Notes under the pieces: model-generated
Told to the model about the DNA's origin: nothing
What the model saw: only the letters and a program-made list of their open reading frames with translations
Database searches by the model: none
Position numbers and translations under genes: made by a program
Assembly: GCA_018062965.1 (NCBI GenBank)
Contig: JAGORG010000001.1
Location: forward strand, 71,488-135,487
DNA from: Minisyncoccota bacterium
GTDB taxonomy: Bacteria; Patescibacteriota; Minisyncoccia; Phycocordibacterales; UBA5272
Direction of reading: 5' to 3'
DNA length: 64,000 bases
Part shown: positions 18,348 to 27,607 of the stretch, in pieces
How the letters are laid out: every line of letters begins with the position of its first letter
Position numbering within the stretch: position 1 is the stretch's first letter

Positions 18348-18968
18348 CTATCGTGAAAATAGTGCTCGCAGGCTTTCAAAGTGAGCTTTGATTGCTTCTC
18401 GTAAACCTGTTGGTGGAGCAACTGGCTCTGGCTGTTTTTCTGCAACCATAGCTCGCATCATAGTTGCTTGTGCTGGCTGTGCAAGTTCTTTTTCTGCGGG
18501 TGCTGCAACTGATTCTGCATTCATCACGCTTCGTTTTTCTGAAACAGTGTTGATTTCAGTCTGAACTTGAACATCTCGCACTGTCTCTCGACATGCTTTA
18601 GTATCTGCTTCAAATGTGTCCCATGCATTTTTTCTATACTTAGTTAGAGCATCTTGGGCGTTTTTTGTTAGTGTTCTGTATTCATCAGCTGCTTCTTTCT
18701 TTGCATCATCTTGTTCATCGATATCTACGATACTCAGTGCAGCTTTTACGGCTTCCTTGCGAACATCAAGAGCTACCTTCATGGCTTCGTTGTATTCTGT
18801 GCGTGCAACACCGATTGCTGTATCACGCTTTTCTACCGCTGCCTGTTGGCATGTGGTGAAGGTTGATTGTGGGGGTGCAACAACGACAGACGTCGTGCTT
18901 GTTTGCGCGCCTGCAAATGTAGGAACAAGGAGTGCGCTTAGGAGGGTGAGTGTAAATACGGTTTTCAT
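18348..18968 (-). CDS. Secreted hypothetical protein (signal peptide)
   Basis: MKTVFTLTLLSALLVPTFAGAQT signal peptide. Mostly alpha-helical, charged. Confidence 0.6.
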   Translation of the reverse strand: MKTVFTLTLLSALLVPTFAGAQTSTTSVVVAPPQSTFTTCQQAAVEKRDTAIGVARTEYNEAMKVALDVRKEAVKAALSIVDIDEQDDAKKEAADEYRTLTKNAQDALTKYRKNAWDTFEADTKACRETVRDVQVQTEINTVSEKRSVMNAESVAAPAEKELAQPAQATMMRAMVAEKQPEPVAPPTGLREAIKAHFESLRALFSR

Positions 18969-18997
18969 ACTGGAGGGGTTAGTGGTTGTGTATGCTT

Positions 18998-19333
18998 TTA
19001 TTGTACCAGCATACTCTGGTAATCCATTTCGTTTATCCCCGATTCAAATTGTTCGACCTGAATATCAATTGCTTGGAAGTAATCCATGTCCGCCGGATGT
19101 CTAATGACTCCTGGGACCATGATTGCAACGAGGAAACAAAGTGAGGCAAGTTGAGATATGCCGAGCCATATATAGGGGGAGCGTATCGCTCGCCTAGGGA
19201 GATTACTGTACTTTACGTGCTCTGGTAATTCACGCAAAATATGTTCAAGTCCCCCACGTGGTGGCGACACGGTCTCCATATACATAGCGAGTGCTCGCTC
19301 GATTGATTCGTTGGTTGGTGTGTTAGTTTTCAT
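18998..19333 (-). CDS. Single-TM protein downstream of the ECF sigma factor, a possible anti-sigma factor
   Basis: Start overlaps the sigma gene stop (19323-19333). TM segment WLGISQLASLCFLVAIMVPGVI. Confidence 0.4.
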   Translation of the reverse strand: MKTNTPTNESIERALAMYMETVSPPRGGLEHILRELPEHVKYSNLPRRAIRSPYIWLGISQLASLCFLVAIMVPGVIRHPADMDYFQAIDIQVEQFESGINEMDYQSMLVQ

Positions 19334-19913
19334 ACAAGTGGTTGCTCAAGATACGCAATTTTTTGAGTGCGCGCTCTTTTAGTTTACGAACATGACTCTC
19401 CTCTTTGTCTAAAATAGAAGCAACTTCTTTGTGAGAAAGCTCGCTAAAATAGTGCAGACGGATAACATCTCCCTCGTCATCGCTTAGTTGCGGTAGAAAT
19501 GTTTCTATTTCCTTGGCAAGTAGGCGTATGTGCGCATCGTCTAAAATGGAAACATTTTCATCTGAAAACGTCGCCATCATTTCCTCGTCAATTTCCACAG
19601 GTTTGTGTTTTATTGAAAGGTTGATAAGGAGACGCTTTGCTATGGTGAAAAGGTACGCAAGTGGGTGTGTCTCTGGTTCGTAACGAGGCAATGCCTCGTA
19701 AAATCGCATAAATGTATCTTGGCAAATATCTTGCGTCGTCTGGACATTACGCGACCTAGAAAGAACGAATCGGTATAGCGGAGTATAGAGGTTAGTGTAG
19801 ACAAGCTCAAATGCCTCCTTATCGCCTTGTTTGGCTTTGAGGATAAGCTCTGTAAGCTTTTCTCTATCCTCCGCATCTTCTATAACACCCTTAGTGTGAT
19901 TTTGTGACAGCAT
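19323..19913 (-). CDS. RNA polymerase sigma-70 family, ECF-type sigma factor
   Basis: Region 2 FELVYTNLYTPLYRFVLSR...QDTFMRFY and region 4 LSHKEVASILDKEESHVRKLKERALKKLR. Confidence 0.85.
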   Translation of the reverse strand: MLSQNHTKGVIEDAEDREKLTELILKAKQGDKEAFELVYTNLYTPLYRFVLSRSRNVQTTQDICQDTFMRFYEALPRYEPETHPLAYLFTIAKRLLINLSIKHKPVEIDEEMMATFSDENVSILDDAHIRLLAKEIETFLPQLSDDEGDVIRLHYFSELSHKEVASILDKEESHVRKLKERALKKLRILSNHLYEN

Positions 19914-21030
19914 CTATACCAGGCAGTGTACCAGAAGCTAAATAATCAAGCATCGCCCCACCCCCAAGTGAGACGAAACCTATCTTGTTTATGGCACCGA
20001 TTTTGTGTGCCGCCGTAACCGTGTCCCCTCCTCCTATATACGTTACTGACTTCGGGCGTGTACCCATTTGCGAGAGAACATGCTCCGTTCCGTGAAGCCA
20101 TCCTTGTTCGTACAAACCAAGAGGTCCGTTCATAATAATTGTGTGAGCTTTTTCTATGTCTACATCAAGGAGAGCAAGTGTTTCCTTTCCGCAGTCTACG
20201 ATGATTCTATCCTCAGGTACTTCGTTTACCGGCACTGTTTCTCCAGTGTCCAAGACAACATCAATAGGGGTGATGATATCTGGATGGTAGATAATATCTT
20301 TTGGGATGGCGACGTCTTTATCGTAGAGACTGTTTCCGATACCTATACCGCGAGCTTTCAATATAGCGTGCACCATCGCTCCTCCTACAAACACATGTAC
20401 ACCTTGATCGAGATAGCGGTTGATAAGAGGAAGCTTTGTACTTATTTTTGCGCCTCCAATGATAAGAAGTGTTGGGAGTGGCGGAGTAAGTGCTTTGCTT
20501 AGGTGAACAAGCTCTCGTTCACATGTTGGTCCAAGGTATGAAAGTATGTATCGAGGTATCCCTGTTACGCTCGCGTGATTTCGGTGTGAAACCGAAAAAG
20601 CATCGTTGATATAGATATCTCCAAGCTCTGAGAGGCTTCGTGCAAAAGATGGCAGATTGTCAATTTCTCCTTGCCAGCACCTGATATTTTCTAAAAGAAG
20701 AGCTTCACCATACGGAATAGTTCCTAGTGTTGTTCGTACATCAGACAGGTCTGTACTTGGTGAAAAATGTACAAACGAAAGTCGTTTCATGAGTTCGTTT
20801 GCAACAATCTGTAACGACTCACCTTTTTCTCCAAAATGTGAAATGAGAATCATACGTGCACCAGCAAATGACATTTGTGTTAGAAACCCAGTAATAGCGT
20901 CTAGTCGTGATGTGTCTTCGATGATGCCGTTTGCTACGGGAAGGTTTAAATCAAGGCGAATGATTACATTTTTTTGCTTGCAGACGCTGTAGTCGCGAAG
21001 CACATGCTGTTGCCAGGAAACATTGATCAT
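19891..21030 (-). CDS. pgk: Phosphoglycerate kinase
   Basis: C-terminal IGGGDTVTAA...GGGAMLDYLASGTLPGI and N-terminal substrate-binding region. 379 aa. Confidence 0.9.
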   Translation of the reverse strand: MINVSWQQHVLRDYSVCKQKNVIIRLDLNLPVANGIIEDTSRLDAITGFLTQMSFAGARMILISHFGEKGESLQIVANELMKRLSFVHFSPSTDLSDVRTTLGTIPYGEALLLENIRCWQGEIDNLPSFARSLSELGDIYINDAFSVSHRNHASVTGIPRYILSYLGPTCERELVHLSKALTPPLPTLLIIGGAKISTKLPLINRYLDQGVHVFVGGAMVHAILKARGIGIGNSLYDKDVAIPKDIIYHPDIITPIDVVLDTGETVPVNEVPEDRIIVDCGKETLALLDVDIEKAHTIIMNGPLGLYEQGWLHGTEHVLSQMGTRPKSVTYIGGGDTVTAAHKIGAINKIGFVSLGGGAMLDYLASGTLPGIDAVTKSH

Positions 21031-21034
21031 AGTG

Positions 21035-21802
21035 TTATGCGCTCAAAGCTTCTTTGATAATAGCTGAAAAAGAGCTCACATCAGTTGATGCTCTGCCTAC
21101 TAACAAACCATCCACCCCACCCTCTTTCAAAAACTGAATCGCATTTTCTTTGTTTACGGTGCCACCGTACAAGATGCTCACCTTTTTTGCATAATCAATA
21201 CCAACTAGTGATGCGAGTGCGCGTCGCAAAGCTATTGCTACTTCGAAGCATTCTTCAACTGTTGCTGGAGTTTCTTTACCTATTGCCCACACTGGTTCGT
21301 ATGCAATAGTCAGATACGAAAATAGAGATGTATCAATATGTTCTAAGTGTGCTTTTAATTCAGCTTCTAGTTCTACCAAGTAGTTTCCGTGTTTGTCTCG
21401 CTCTTGTTCCCCAACACAGAGTATGACCTGCACACGTTCCATGAGTGCTAGTTCTAGTTTTTTAGTTATGGTTTCTGTTGTTTCTCCTTGCGCGCGGACT
21501 TCACTGTGTCCAAGTATTGAAAATAATGCTCCGCTACTTTTGAGCATTCCTGGCGTGCTTTGCCCTGTTGTTGTCCCGAGGATGGTGCCAGATATGTTTT
21601 GTGCACCTATGACTCCTTTGTTTATTTCCTTTGCGAGTCCTTGTAGATATACATCAGGTACAGCCAGATAGTATGCATCTTTATATTTGGTGAGTGTTCC
21701 TACTTTTGTGTCGAGTTTTTTTATAAAGGCGAGCGCCTCTTTGTATGTCCCAGGAAATGTTTTCCAGTTTCCAACAATCATAGGAAAAGAACGTTTTTTC
21801 AT
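21035..21802 (-). CDS. tpiA: Triosephosphate isomerase
   Basis: ILCVGEQ, AYEPVWAIGKE and YGGTVN motifs. Confidence 0.92.
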   Translation of the reverse strand: MKKRSFPMIVGNWKTFPGTYKEALAFIKKLDTKVGTLTKYKDAYYLAVPDVYLQGLAKEINKGVIGAQNISGTILGTTTGQSTPGMLKSSGALFSILGHSEVRAQGETTETITKKLELALMERVQVILCVGEQERDKHGNYLVELEAELKAHLEHIDTSLFSYLTIAYEPVWAIGKETPATVEECFEVAIALRRALASLVGIDYAKKVSILYGGTVNKENAIQFLKEGGVDGLLVGRASTDVSSFSAIIKEALSA

Positions 21803-21864
21803 GAGTAAAAGTATATCACGCTACCATACGAGACTCTTAATAACTTTCACCGCGCGTAGCATCT

Positions 21865-22878
21865 TTGGTGATAGACTTACAGGTAATGAATAACCTGATA
21901 CACACAATTCGCGCTCGTGCGCTTGAACATGCAACTGAACATGCGATGGTGTATGTAGGTATTGTGCTAGCGGCGAGCGCTTCTGTGTACGCAGGAACAT
22001 TACATACAGGTTCTGAAAATGTATCTACAATTTCTCCGCGTGTAGCCCCTATCGTTGAAACTGTTTCTCTACAAGGGTTATTTTCTCCTTCATCACCACA
22101 CGAGATAGTTTCGCAAAGAGAAGGAACTATTTCATATATAGCTATCAAACAAGGAGATGTTGTTGCATCTGGGGATGTCCTCGTTGCCTATGACATGACA
22201 GATACATATGTAGAGCGTGCTTCGCTAGAGAGAGATCTTGAAACCTACGAACAAGCATATCAGGCTTTACTAGCACAGCGGATTCAAAGAGATGTGGATG
22301 TTCAAATCCTACAAACAGAATCTCGTTTACGAAGAATACAAAAGGAATTGGTTCGTGTTGATGAAGAGATTTTTCGGGGACAAGTACGAGCTCCTTTTGG
22401 TGGTACTGTTCAAAAAGTCCTTGTAGATAGAGGCGATAGTGTTTCTCCACAAGATGTTTTGGTGGTTATGCAACCAACAAGTACGTATGAAGTGGTTGCA
22501 GCAATTGAAGATGCAAAGAAAATATCTATTGGAGATGCTGCAAATATCACACTAGCATCAGGTAAAGCTCTCCCTGTAACGGTTATCAAGAAAGAAACGG
22601 CGACACCTGATGCTTTTATCACTGTGGTCCCTCAAGAAGATGTTTCAAATAGTAAACAAGGAGATGCTGTGCGAGTGGAGGTTCTTGTCGCTACGCGTGA
22701 GCATGCTTTGACTATTCCACGTGAATATATTTCTATGTTAAATGATACGTATGGCGAAGTTCGCATCAAGCATGGTGATACATATGTAGTGAGACTTGTC
22801 GAAATTGGTGTTGTTGGAGATGACGGACAGGTTGAAGTTGTCTCGGGATTGCGGAAAGATGATGTGGTTGTAAAGTAG
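21865..22878 (+). CDS. HlyD-family membrane-fusion / efflux periplasmic adaptor-like protein
   Basis: N-terminal TM, coiled-coil middle, beta-barrel-like VRAPFGGTVQKVLVDRGDSV. Lipoyl-like GDVVASGDVLVAYD. Confidence 0.6.
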   Translation: MVIDLQVMNNLIHTIRARALEHATEHAMVYVGIVLAASASVYAGTLHTGSENVSTISPRVAPIVETVSLQGLFSPSSPHEIVSQREGTISYIAIKQGDVVASGDVLVAYDMTDTYVERASLERDLETYEQAYQALLAQRIQRDVDVQILQTESRLRRIQKELVRVDEEIFRGQVRAPFGGTVQKVLVDRGDSVSPQDVLVVMQPTSTYEVVAAIEDAKKISIGDAANITLASGKALPVTVIKKETATPDAFITVVPQEDVSNSKQGDAVRVEVLVATREHALTIPREYISMLNDTYGEVRIKHGDTYVVRLVEIGVVGDDGQVEVVSGLRKDDVVVK

Positions 22879-22914
22879 AAATCCCCCGCGCCGTAGGCGC
22901 GGGGGATTGGTTTT
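22879..22914 (+). terminator. Intrinsic terminator
   Basis: atcccccgcgcc-gta-ggcgcgggggat hairpin plus a T-run. Confidence 0.7.
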
Positions 22915-23095
22915 AAAATGTATCGGAGCCCACTTCCCATCTTCTGGTAGATCTTTGCAACCAAATACTTGCTATTTTTCAATATAATGGTATACTGTAT
23001 CTATTATCAGGTGTGTACATGTGAGTCGGCCATTGGCCGGCCATTTTTATTGAAAAAATACAAAATAATAACGATTTAGTAACCAAAATACCATT

Positions 23096-24406
23096 ATGTT
23101 AGACATTAAAGCCCTCAAAATTGCTCTCGAACAGCTCGAAGCAGAAAAGAAAATCGCTCACGAAAAAGTTGTTGATGCAGTAGAAAAGTCTCTTGCAGCG
23201 GCGTACCAAAAAGAATACGGAAAGCGCGGACAGATTGTTCGTTGTGCTATCGACTTTGAAACAGGAGAAACTCGTTTTGAACAAGTAAAAGTTGTTGTTG
23301 ATGAAACAACAGTTCGTATGCCAGTTGAAGGAGAAGACGAAAACACTCCAGAACCTATTGCAGCAGAAGGAGAAGAACTCCTTCCTCGCTACAACGAAGA
23401 ACGTCATATGTTCTTGAAAGACGCTCGTCTTTTCAAGAAAAATGCAGAACTTGGAGAAGAAATTGTTTTCCCGCTTGATAACCAGGATGACTTCGGACGT
23501 ATTGCTGCGCAAACTGCAAAGCAGGTTATCGTTCAAAAGCTTCGTGAAGCAGAACGAGAATCAATCGTTGGTGAATTCCATGACAAACAAGGAACAATCG
23601 TTTCTGGTGTTGTTCAGCGTGTTGAACGCGGTGTTGCATTTATCGACCTCGGTCGTACAACTGCAATCATGCCTATGGAAGAACAGATTCCATCAGAACG
23701 CCTCCGCCCTGGAGAACGTATCAGAGCATACCTCTTCTCTATCGAAGAAGGTTTTCGAGGGCTTTCAATCAGACTTTCACGTACACACCCAAAGTTTTTG
23801 ATCGAACTCTTTAAAAATGAAAGTGCAGAAATCGCACAAGGAACAGTAGAAATCGTAGCAGTTGCGCGCGAACCAGGTAGTCGCTCTAAGATTGCTGTTA
23901 AGTCAAACGACGAACGCGTAGACCCAATCGGAGCATGTGTTGGTCAGCGCGGTGTTCGTGTGTCTGCTATCACAGATGAGCTTTCAGGTGAAAAGATTGA
24001 TGTGATCGAATGGTCAGATGATGCTCGTCGTTTTATCGCAACAGCGCTTTCTCCTGCAAAGGCTCTTTCTATCGAACTTAACGAAGAAGATAAAAAGGCA
24101 ACAGTTACTGTTTCTGCACAGGAACAATCTCTTGCTATCGGTAAAGGCGGACAAAACGTACGTCTTGCAGCAAAGCTAACTGGATGGAAAATCGACATTA
24201 TTTCTGATGGAGCAACAATCGCAGAAGCAACAGAAGAAGGTGTTGTAACAGAAGACGCCCCTATCGTAAACGAAACACTCGAAGAAGAAGTTGATGCTGT
24301 TATTGAAGATCTTACTGTAACAGAAGAAACAGCGGTAGAAGCCGTAGCTGAAGAAACGCCTGCGGAAGTATCACCTGAAGAGGTTGCAACAGAAGACACA
24401 AAATAG
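23096..24406 (+). CDS. nusA: Transcription termination/antitermination factor NusA with acidic C-terminal tail
   Basis: NusA N-terminal domain, S1 and two KH regions (GQNVRLAAKLTGWKIDI). Confidence 0.9.
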   Translation: MLDIKALKIALEQLEAEKKIAHEKVVDAVEKSLAAAYQKEYGKRGQIVRCAIDFETGETRFEQVKVVVDETTVRMPVEGEDENTPEPIAAEGEELLPRYNEERHMFLKDARLFKKNAELGEEIVFPLDNQDDFGRIAAQTAKQVIVQKLREAERESIVGEFHDKQGTIVSGVVQRVERGVAFIDLGRTTAIMPMEEQIPSERLRPGERIRAYLFSIEEGFRGLSIRLSRTHPKFLIELFKNESAEIAQGTVEIVAVAREPGSRSKIAVKSNDERVDPIGACVGQRGVRVSAITDELSGEKIDVIEWSDDARRFIATALSPAKALSIELNEEDKKATVTVSAQEQSLAIGKGGQNVRLAAKLTGWKIDIISDGATIAEATEEGVVTEDAPIVNETLEEEVDAVIEDLTVTEETAVEAVAEETPAEVSPEEVATEDTK

Positions 24407-24438
24407 ATATCTACACTAGTAATTAATTACATATCATT

Positions 24439-24969
24439 ATGAATCTACTTCACGACATTACTCCTGGATCGAATGTTCCAAACGAAATCAATGTTATTGT
24501 TGAAATCAACAAAGGCTCAAAGAATAAATACGAGCTCGATAAAGAAACAGGTATGATCAAACTCGATCGTGTTATGCATACGTCACAAGACTTTCCATTT
24601 GATTATGGTTTTGTACCACAATCTCTATGGCATGACGGTGACCCGCTAGATGTTGTTATCGTTGCTACATATCCACTTATTCCTGGTATTTTGGTTACTG
24701 TGCGTCCTGTCGGTGTGATGGATATGATTGATGGTGGAGAAAGTGATGCAAAGATCCTAGCTGTTCCAGTTGATGACCCACGTTTTAATCATGTGCAAGA
24801 TCTTGCTGATCTAAATGCTCATACCGTGAAGGAATTTGAACACTTCTTCCTTACATACAAAAAGATTCAGAATAAAGAAGTGACTATTCCAACTATTCGT
24901 GACGCACAGGCTGCGAAAGAAGTTATCACTGAAGGACTTGCTCTCTACAAGAATTCACTCAACAAATAA
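24439..24969 (+). CDS. ppa: Inorganic pyrophosphatase (family I)
   Basis: DGDPLDVVIV and the surrounding family I PPase signature. Confidence 0.9.
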   Translation: MNLLHDITPGSNVPNEINVIVEINKGSKNKYELDKETGMIKLDRVMHTSQDFPFDYGFVPQSLWHDGDPLDVVIVATYPLIPGILVTVRPVGVMDMIDGGESDAKILAVPVDDPRFNHVQDLADLNAHTVKEFEHFFLTYKKIQNKEVTIPTIRDAQAAKEVITEGLALYKNSLNK

Positions 24970-24993
24970 TTACTCGTTTTAGGAAAGATACTC

Positions 24994-26094
24994 ATGAAAA
25001 TTAAACTAACAAAACTTCCAAAATCAGAAGTACAGCTCGATGTTGTGCTCGACGAAAAGGAATTTGCCGCATATCACGACAAGGGATTCAAACATGTTCA
25101 AGGAATGGTAGAGATTGATGGTTTCCGCAAAGGAAATGCACCAGAAAATATTATTGTCCAAAAGTACGGAGAAATGACTATCCTAGAAGAGATGGCAAAC
25201 TATGCATTGCGAGACGCATATGTTGAAGCTGTTAAAGAACACAAGCTCATCCCTGTTGCTGATCCAAAAGTAACTATCAACAAAATCGCAAAAGATAATC
25301 CACTTGAACTTACAATGATTGTTCCTGTTCTTCCTGAAGTTACGCTTCCAAAATACAAAAAGCTCGCTGAAGAAAAAGCAAAGGAACATGTCGTAGAAGA
25401 TGTGAGCGACAAAGATATCGATGATGTTATCGAAGAGCTTCGCAAGGGTCGCGTACACCAGCATGACCACGATCACAATCATGAAGGTCACGATCATCAC
25501 GATCACGAAGGGCACGATCATAGCCATGACCACGAGCATGCTCCTGTTGAAGGTGAAAAGAAAGATGTTCCCCTTCCAGAAGTTAACGATGCATTTGCGC
25601 AATCATTTGGTCCTGAATTTAATTCAGTAACTGACCTCAAAAAGAAGATTGGAGAGAATCTTAAACTTGAAAAAGAGCAAAAGACTCGTGAAAAGCGTCG
25701 TACAGCAATTGTTGATGCGCTCATCGCAGAAACAAAAGCTGATCTTCCTGATGCAATGATTGAACAAGAGCTTGATCGTATGTTTGCACAATTCAAGCAT
25801 GACATCACTCGCTTTGGTGGCACATTTGAAGACTATATGAAGCATGCAGGTAAAACTGAAGAAGAAATCCGCGCTACATGGAAAGATGATGCGGTAAAGC
25901 GTTCAATGAGTCAGCTTGTGCTTGCTGAAATCGCTCGTGCAGAAAAGATTGTCCCAACTGATGAAGAAATCGAAACAGAACTCGTTCGTCTCTTGGCTAC
26001 AGTTCAAGACGCTGATGAAGAACGCGCTCGTGCATATCTCTATCAAGCACTTTCAAACGAAAAGGTGCTTGCGTTTTTGGAGGAGAGTAAATAA
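24994..26094 (+). CDS. tig: Trigger factor (truncated/atypical, with His-rich insertion)
   Basis: N-terminal ribosome-binding domain ...DGFRKGNAPENII. Insertion HQHDHDHNHEGHDHHDHEGHDHSHDHEH at about 25440-25545. Confidence 0.8.
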   Translation: MKIKLTKLPKSEVQLDVVLDEKEFAAYHDKGFKHVQGMVEIDGFRKGNAPENIIVQKYGEMTILEEMANYALRDAYVEAVKEHKLIPVADPKVTINKIAKDNPLELTMIVPVLPEVTLPKYKKLAEEKAKEHVVEDVSDKDIDDVIEELRKGRVHQHDHDHNHEGHDHHDHEGHDHSHDHEHAPVEGEKKDVPLPEVNDAFAQSFGPEFNSVTDLKKKIGENLKLEKEQKTREKRRTAIVDALIAETKADLPDAMIEQELDRMFAQFKHDITRFGGTFEDYMKHAGKTEEEIRATWKDDAVKRSMSQLVLAEIARAEKIVPTDEEIETELVRLLATVQDADEERARAYLYQALSNEKVLAFLEESK

Positions 26095-26163
26095 CCGGAG
26101 CCAGCTGGCACAGGGCCCATCCAATATCTGCCTCGGCTGACGTGGTATAAAAATGAATAAGAT

Positions 26164-26193
26164 AAAAGCTCGACCGTCGGTCGAGCTTTTGTT
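26164..26193 (+). terminator. Intrinsic terminator after tig
   Basis: aagctcgaccg-tc-ggtcgagctt plus T-run. Confidence 0.65.
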
Positions 26194-26242
26194 ATGAAAA
26201 TAAAAAACCGCACAGTGAGGTGCGATTTTGTCGCTGTGAAGC

Positions 26243-26446
26243 TCACAGTCTGTTTGGGCTCATTTGGCCAGCACGGTACAGAAAGTACCCGTGCACAAGG
26301 ATTAGTATTCCGTAGAACGCCAATCCTGCGACCAGTGTTAACTGGTCGAAGCCCTCAGACTGAATGAAGGGCGGATAATACTGCAGGCCGTATCCAAGAA
26401 ATACGAGTACTGCGAGGCAGTACGCCGCAAGTGCAATTCTGAGCAT
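26243..26446 (-). CDS. Small 2-TM membrane peptide (67 aa), copy 1 of a duplicated gene
   Basis: SD aggagaa then ATG. Two hydrophobic helices. About 90% nt identity with 42894..43097. Confidence 0.65.
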   Translation of the reverse strand: MLRIALAAYCLAVLVFLGYGLQYYPPFIQSEGFDQLTLVAGLAFYGILILVHGYFLYRAGQMSPNRL

Positions 26447-26462
26447 GATGTTCTCCTCTGTG

Positions 26463-26518
26463 TTGTGAATGAACTGAATCTTTACAAATCCTCAAATGAA
26501 TTTGAGAACTTGATAAAG
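26463..26518. repeat. Repeat module R1 (GTTGTGAATGAAC...palindrome...TTGATAAAG) directly 5' of the 26446 gene start, followed by hairpin ggacaag-N9-cttgtcc
   Basis: One of 7 related copies. Internal inverted repeat TCCTCAAAT/TTTGAGAAC. Confidence 0.7.
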
Positions 26519-26733
26519 AGGACAAGGTAAGGAATCTTGTCCATGATGGAGGTTTCACAAACTTGCTGGCTGCAAGCTGTACAGAAACCCTTTCCCTAAG
26601 AAGATTGCCAATCATCTTCTCACCCATCTTTTCACATGCAGTAAAATGCCCTGCTTATGGTGCTCTTTCTAGCTTGGCCTTGTGCTGACCTGTCCTCGTA
26701 AGGACACCAAAATGAAGATTCTCTATGCACGAT

Positions 26734-26794
26734 TTGTGAATGAACTATTTCTCTACAAGTTCTCAAATGTTTTTTACTTGAGAACTTGATAAAG
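26734..26794. repeat. Repeat module R2 (5'-degenerate) with perfect palindrome AAGTTCTCAA-N11-TTGAGAACTT; followed by hairpin ggagaatgt...acattctcc
   Basis: No intact gene immediately downstream on the minus strand; possibly an orphan copy. Confidence 0.65.
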
Positions 26795-27042
26795 AGGAGA
26801 ATGTTCTGATCACGTGACCAGCTAACCACATTCTCCATTGCATCAATCACGCTTGAGCCGGCGGGTAGTTTCTGCGTATCTACCAGGTATGAGCAGTTGA
26901 GAGCATCTTTAGTCTTTCATGCATACTCTCTCGCAGTAGTTCTTCTTTGCCATTACAGCATCGAAGTAACTGTGCGTGGCGTTATTCGCCCTCCCCATTT
27001 ATTTATTCCACGCTGTCAGACTGGGGTTCAGCGTGTGCCAGT

Positions 27043-27393
27043 TCATGGTTTCGGGAACTTGCTTGGGTAGTTGGTGCAGCCAGTGTATCGTCCGCTTCCT
27101 TCCACCGTTCTCCATTTTCCGTTGACCAGGGTTTCCACTGTCCACCAATAGGACATGGGCCCCCATCCCATTTTTTTGTTGAATGAGAACATGAACAGCT
27201 TCCGTCCATCCGGTTCGACCTTGATGTCGTAGACACCTTTGAAGGAGTATTGGAGTCTGGGGTCGTCCTGATGAATGGTGAGATACGGGCGATCAAAACC
27301 ATATTCCATCTCTTTGTCTCCCAATGCCTCGATCTCCTCCCTGAAGTCGACCGGATTGAAACCCATTTCTACCAGCTTATTCGTGAGCGTCAT
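27043..27393 (-). CDS. Hypothetical protein (116 aa), GC-rich, divergent from TrmB-like regulator 1
   Basis: About 50% GC. No recognised motif. Confidence 0.5.
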   Translation of the reverse strand: MTLTNKLVEMGFNPVDFREEIEALGDKEMEYGFDRPYLTIHQDDPRLQYSFKGVYDIKVEPDGRKLFMFSFNKKMGWGPMSYWWTVETLVNGKWRTVEGSGRYTGCTNYPSKFPKP

Positions 27394-27607
27394 CTCTATC
27401 TCCTCAATGTGCTTTCGAATCGCCTTTGGCTTGTGCCAGTAGTGTGCTTCGAATCTGGTACCAGAATATCACGACTATACTTGACAGTAAAAAGTTAGAT
27501 TGTATTAAATTATATTTGTCGTAATAGTTATATATTTAAAGGACATTATTGTGCTCCAATATGTCGGGAAAACTTTACAAAATGTATGAAATGTGTATAC
27601 TTGAGGT

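Noticed and set aside
18998-19333. Firm call of an anti-sigma factor
   Set aside because: Only the genomic position (overlapping the ECF sigma gene stop) and a single TM segment support it. No zinc-binding anti-sigma motif (HxxxCxxC) is present, so it is kept as a low-confidence annotation.
22980-23040. GGCCATTGGCCGGCC palindrome cluster upstream of nusA as a possible restriction-site hotspot or regulatory element
   Set aside because: It is a single occurrence, short, and lies in an intergenic region that has an ordinary promoter. There is no supporting context.
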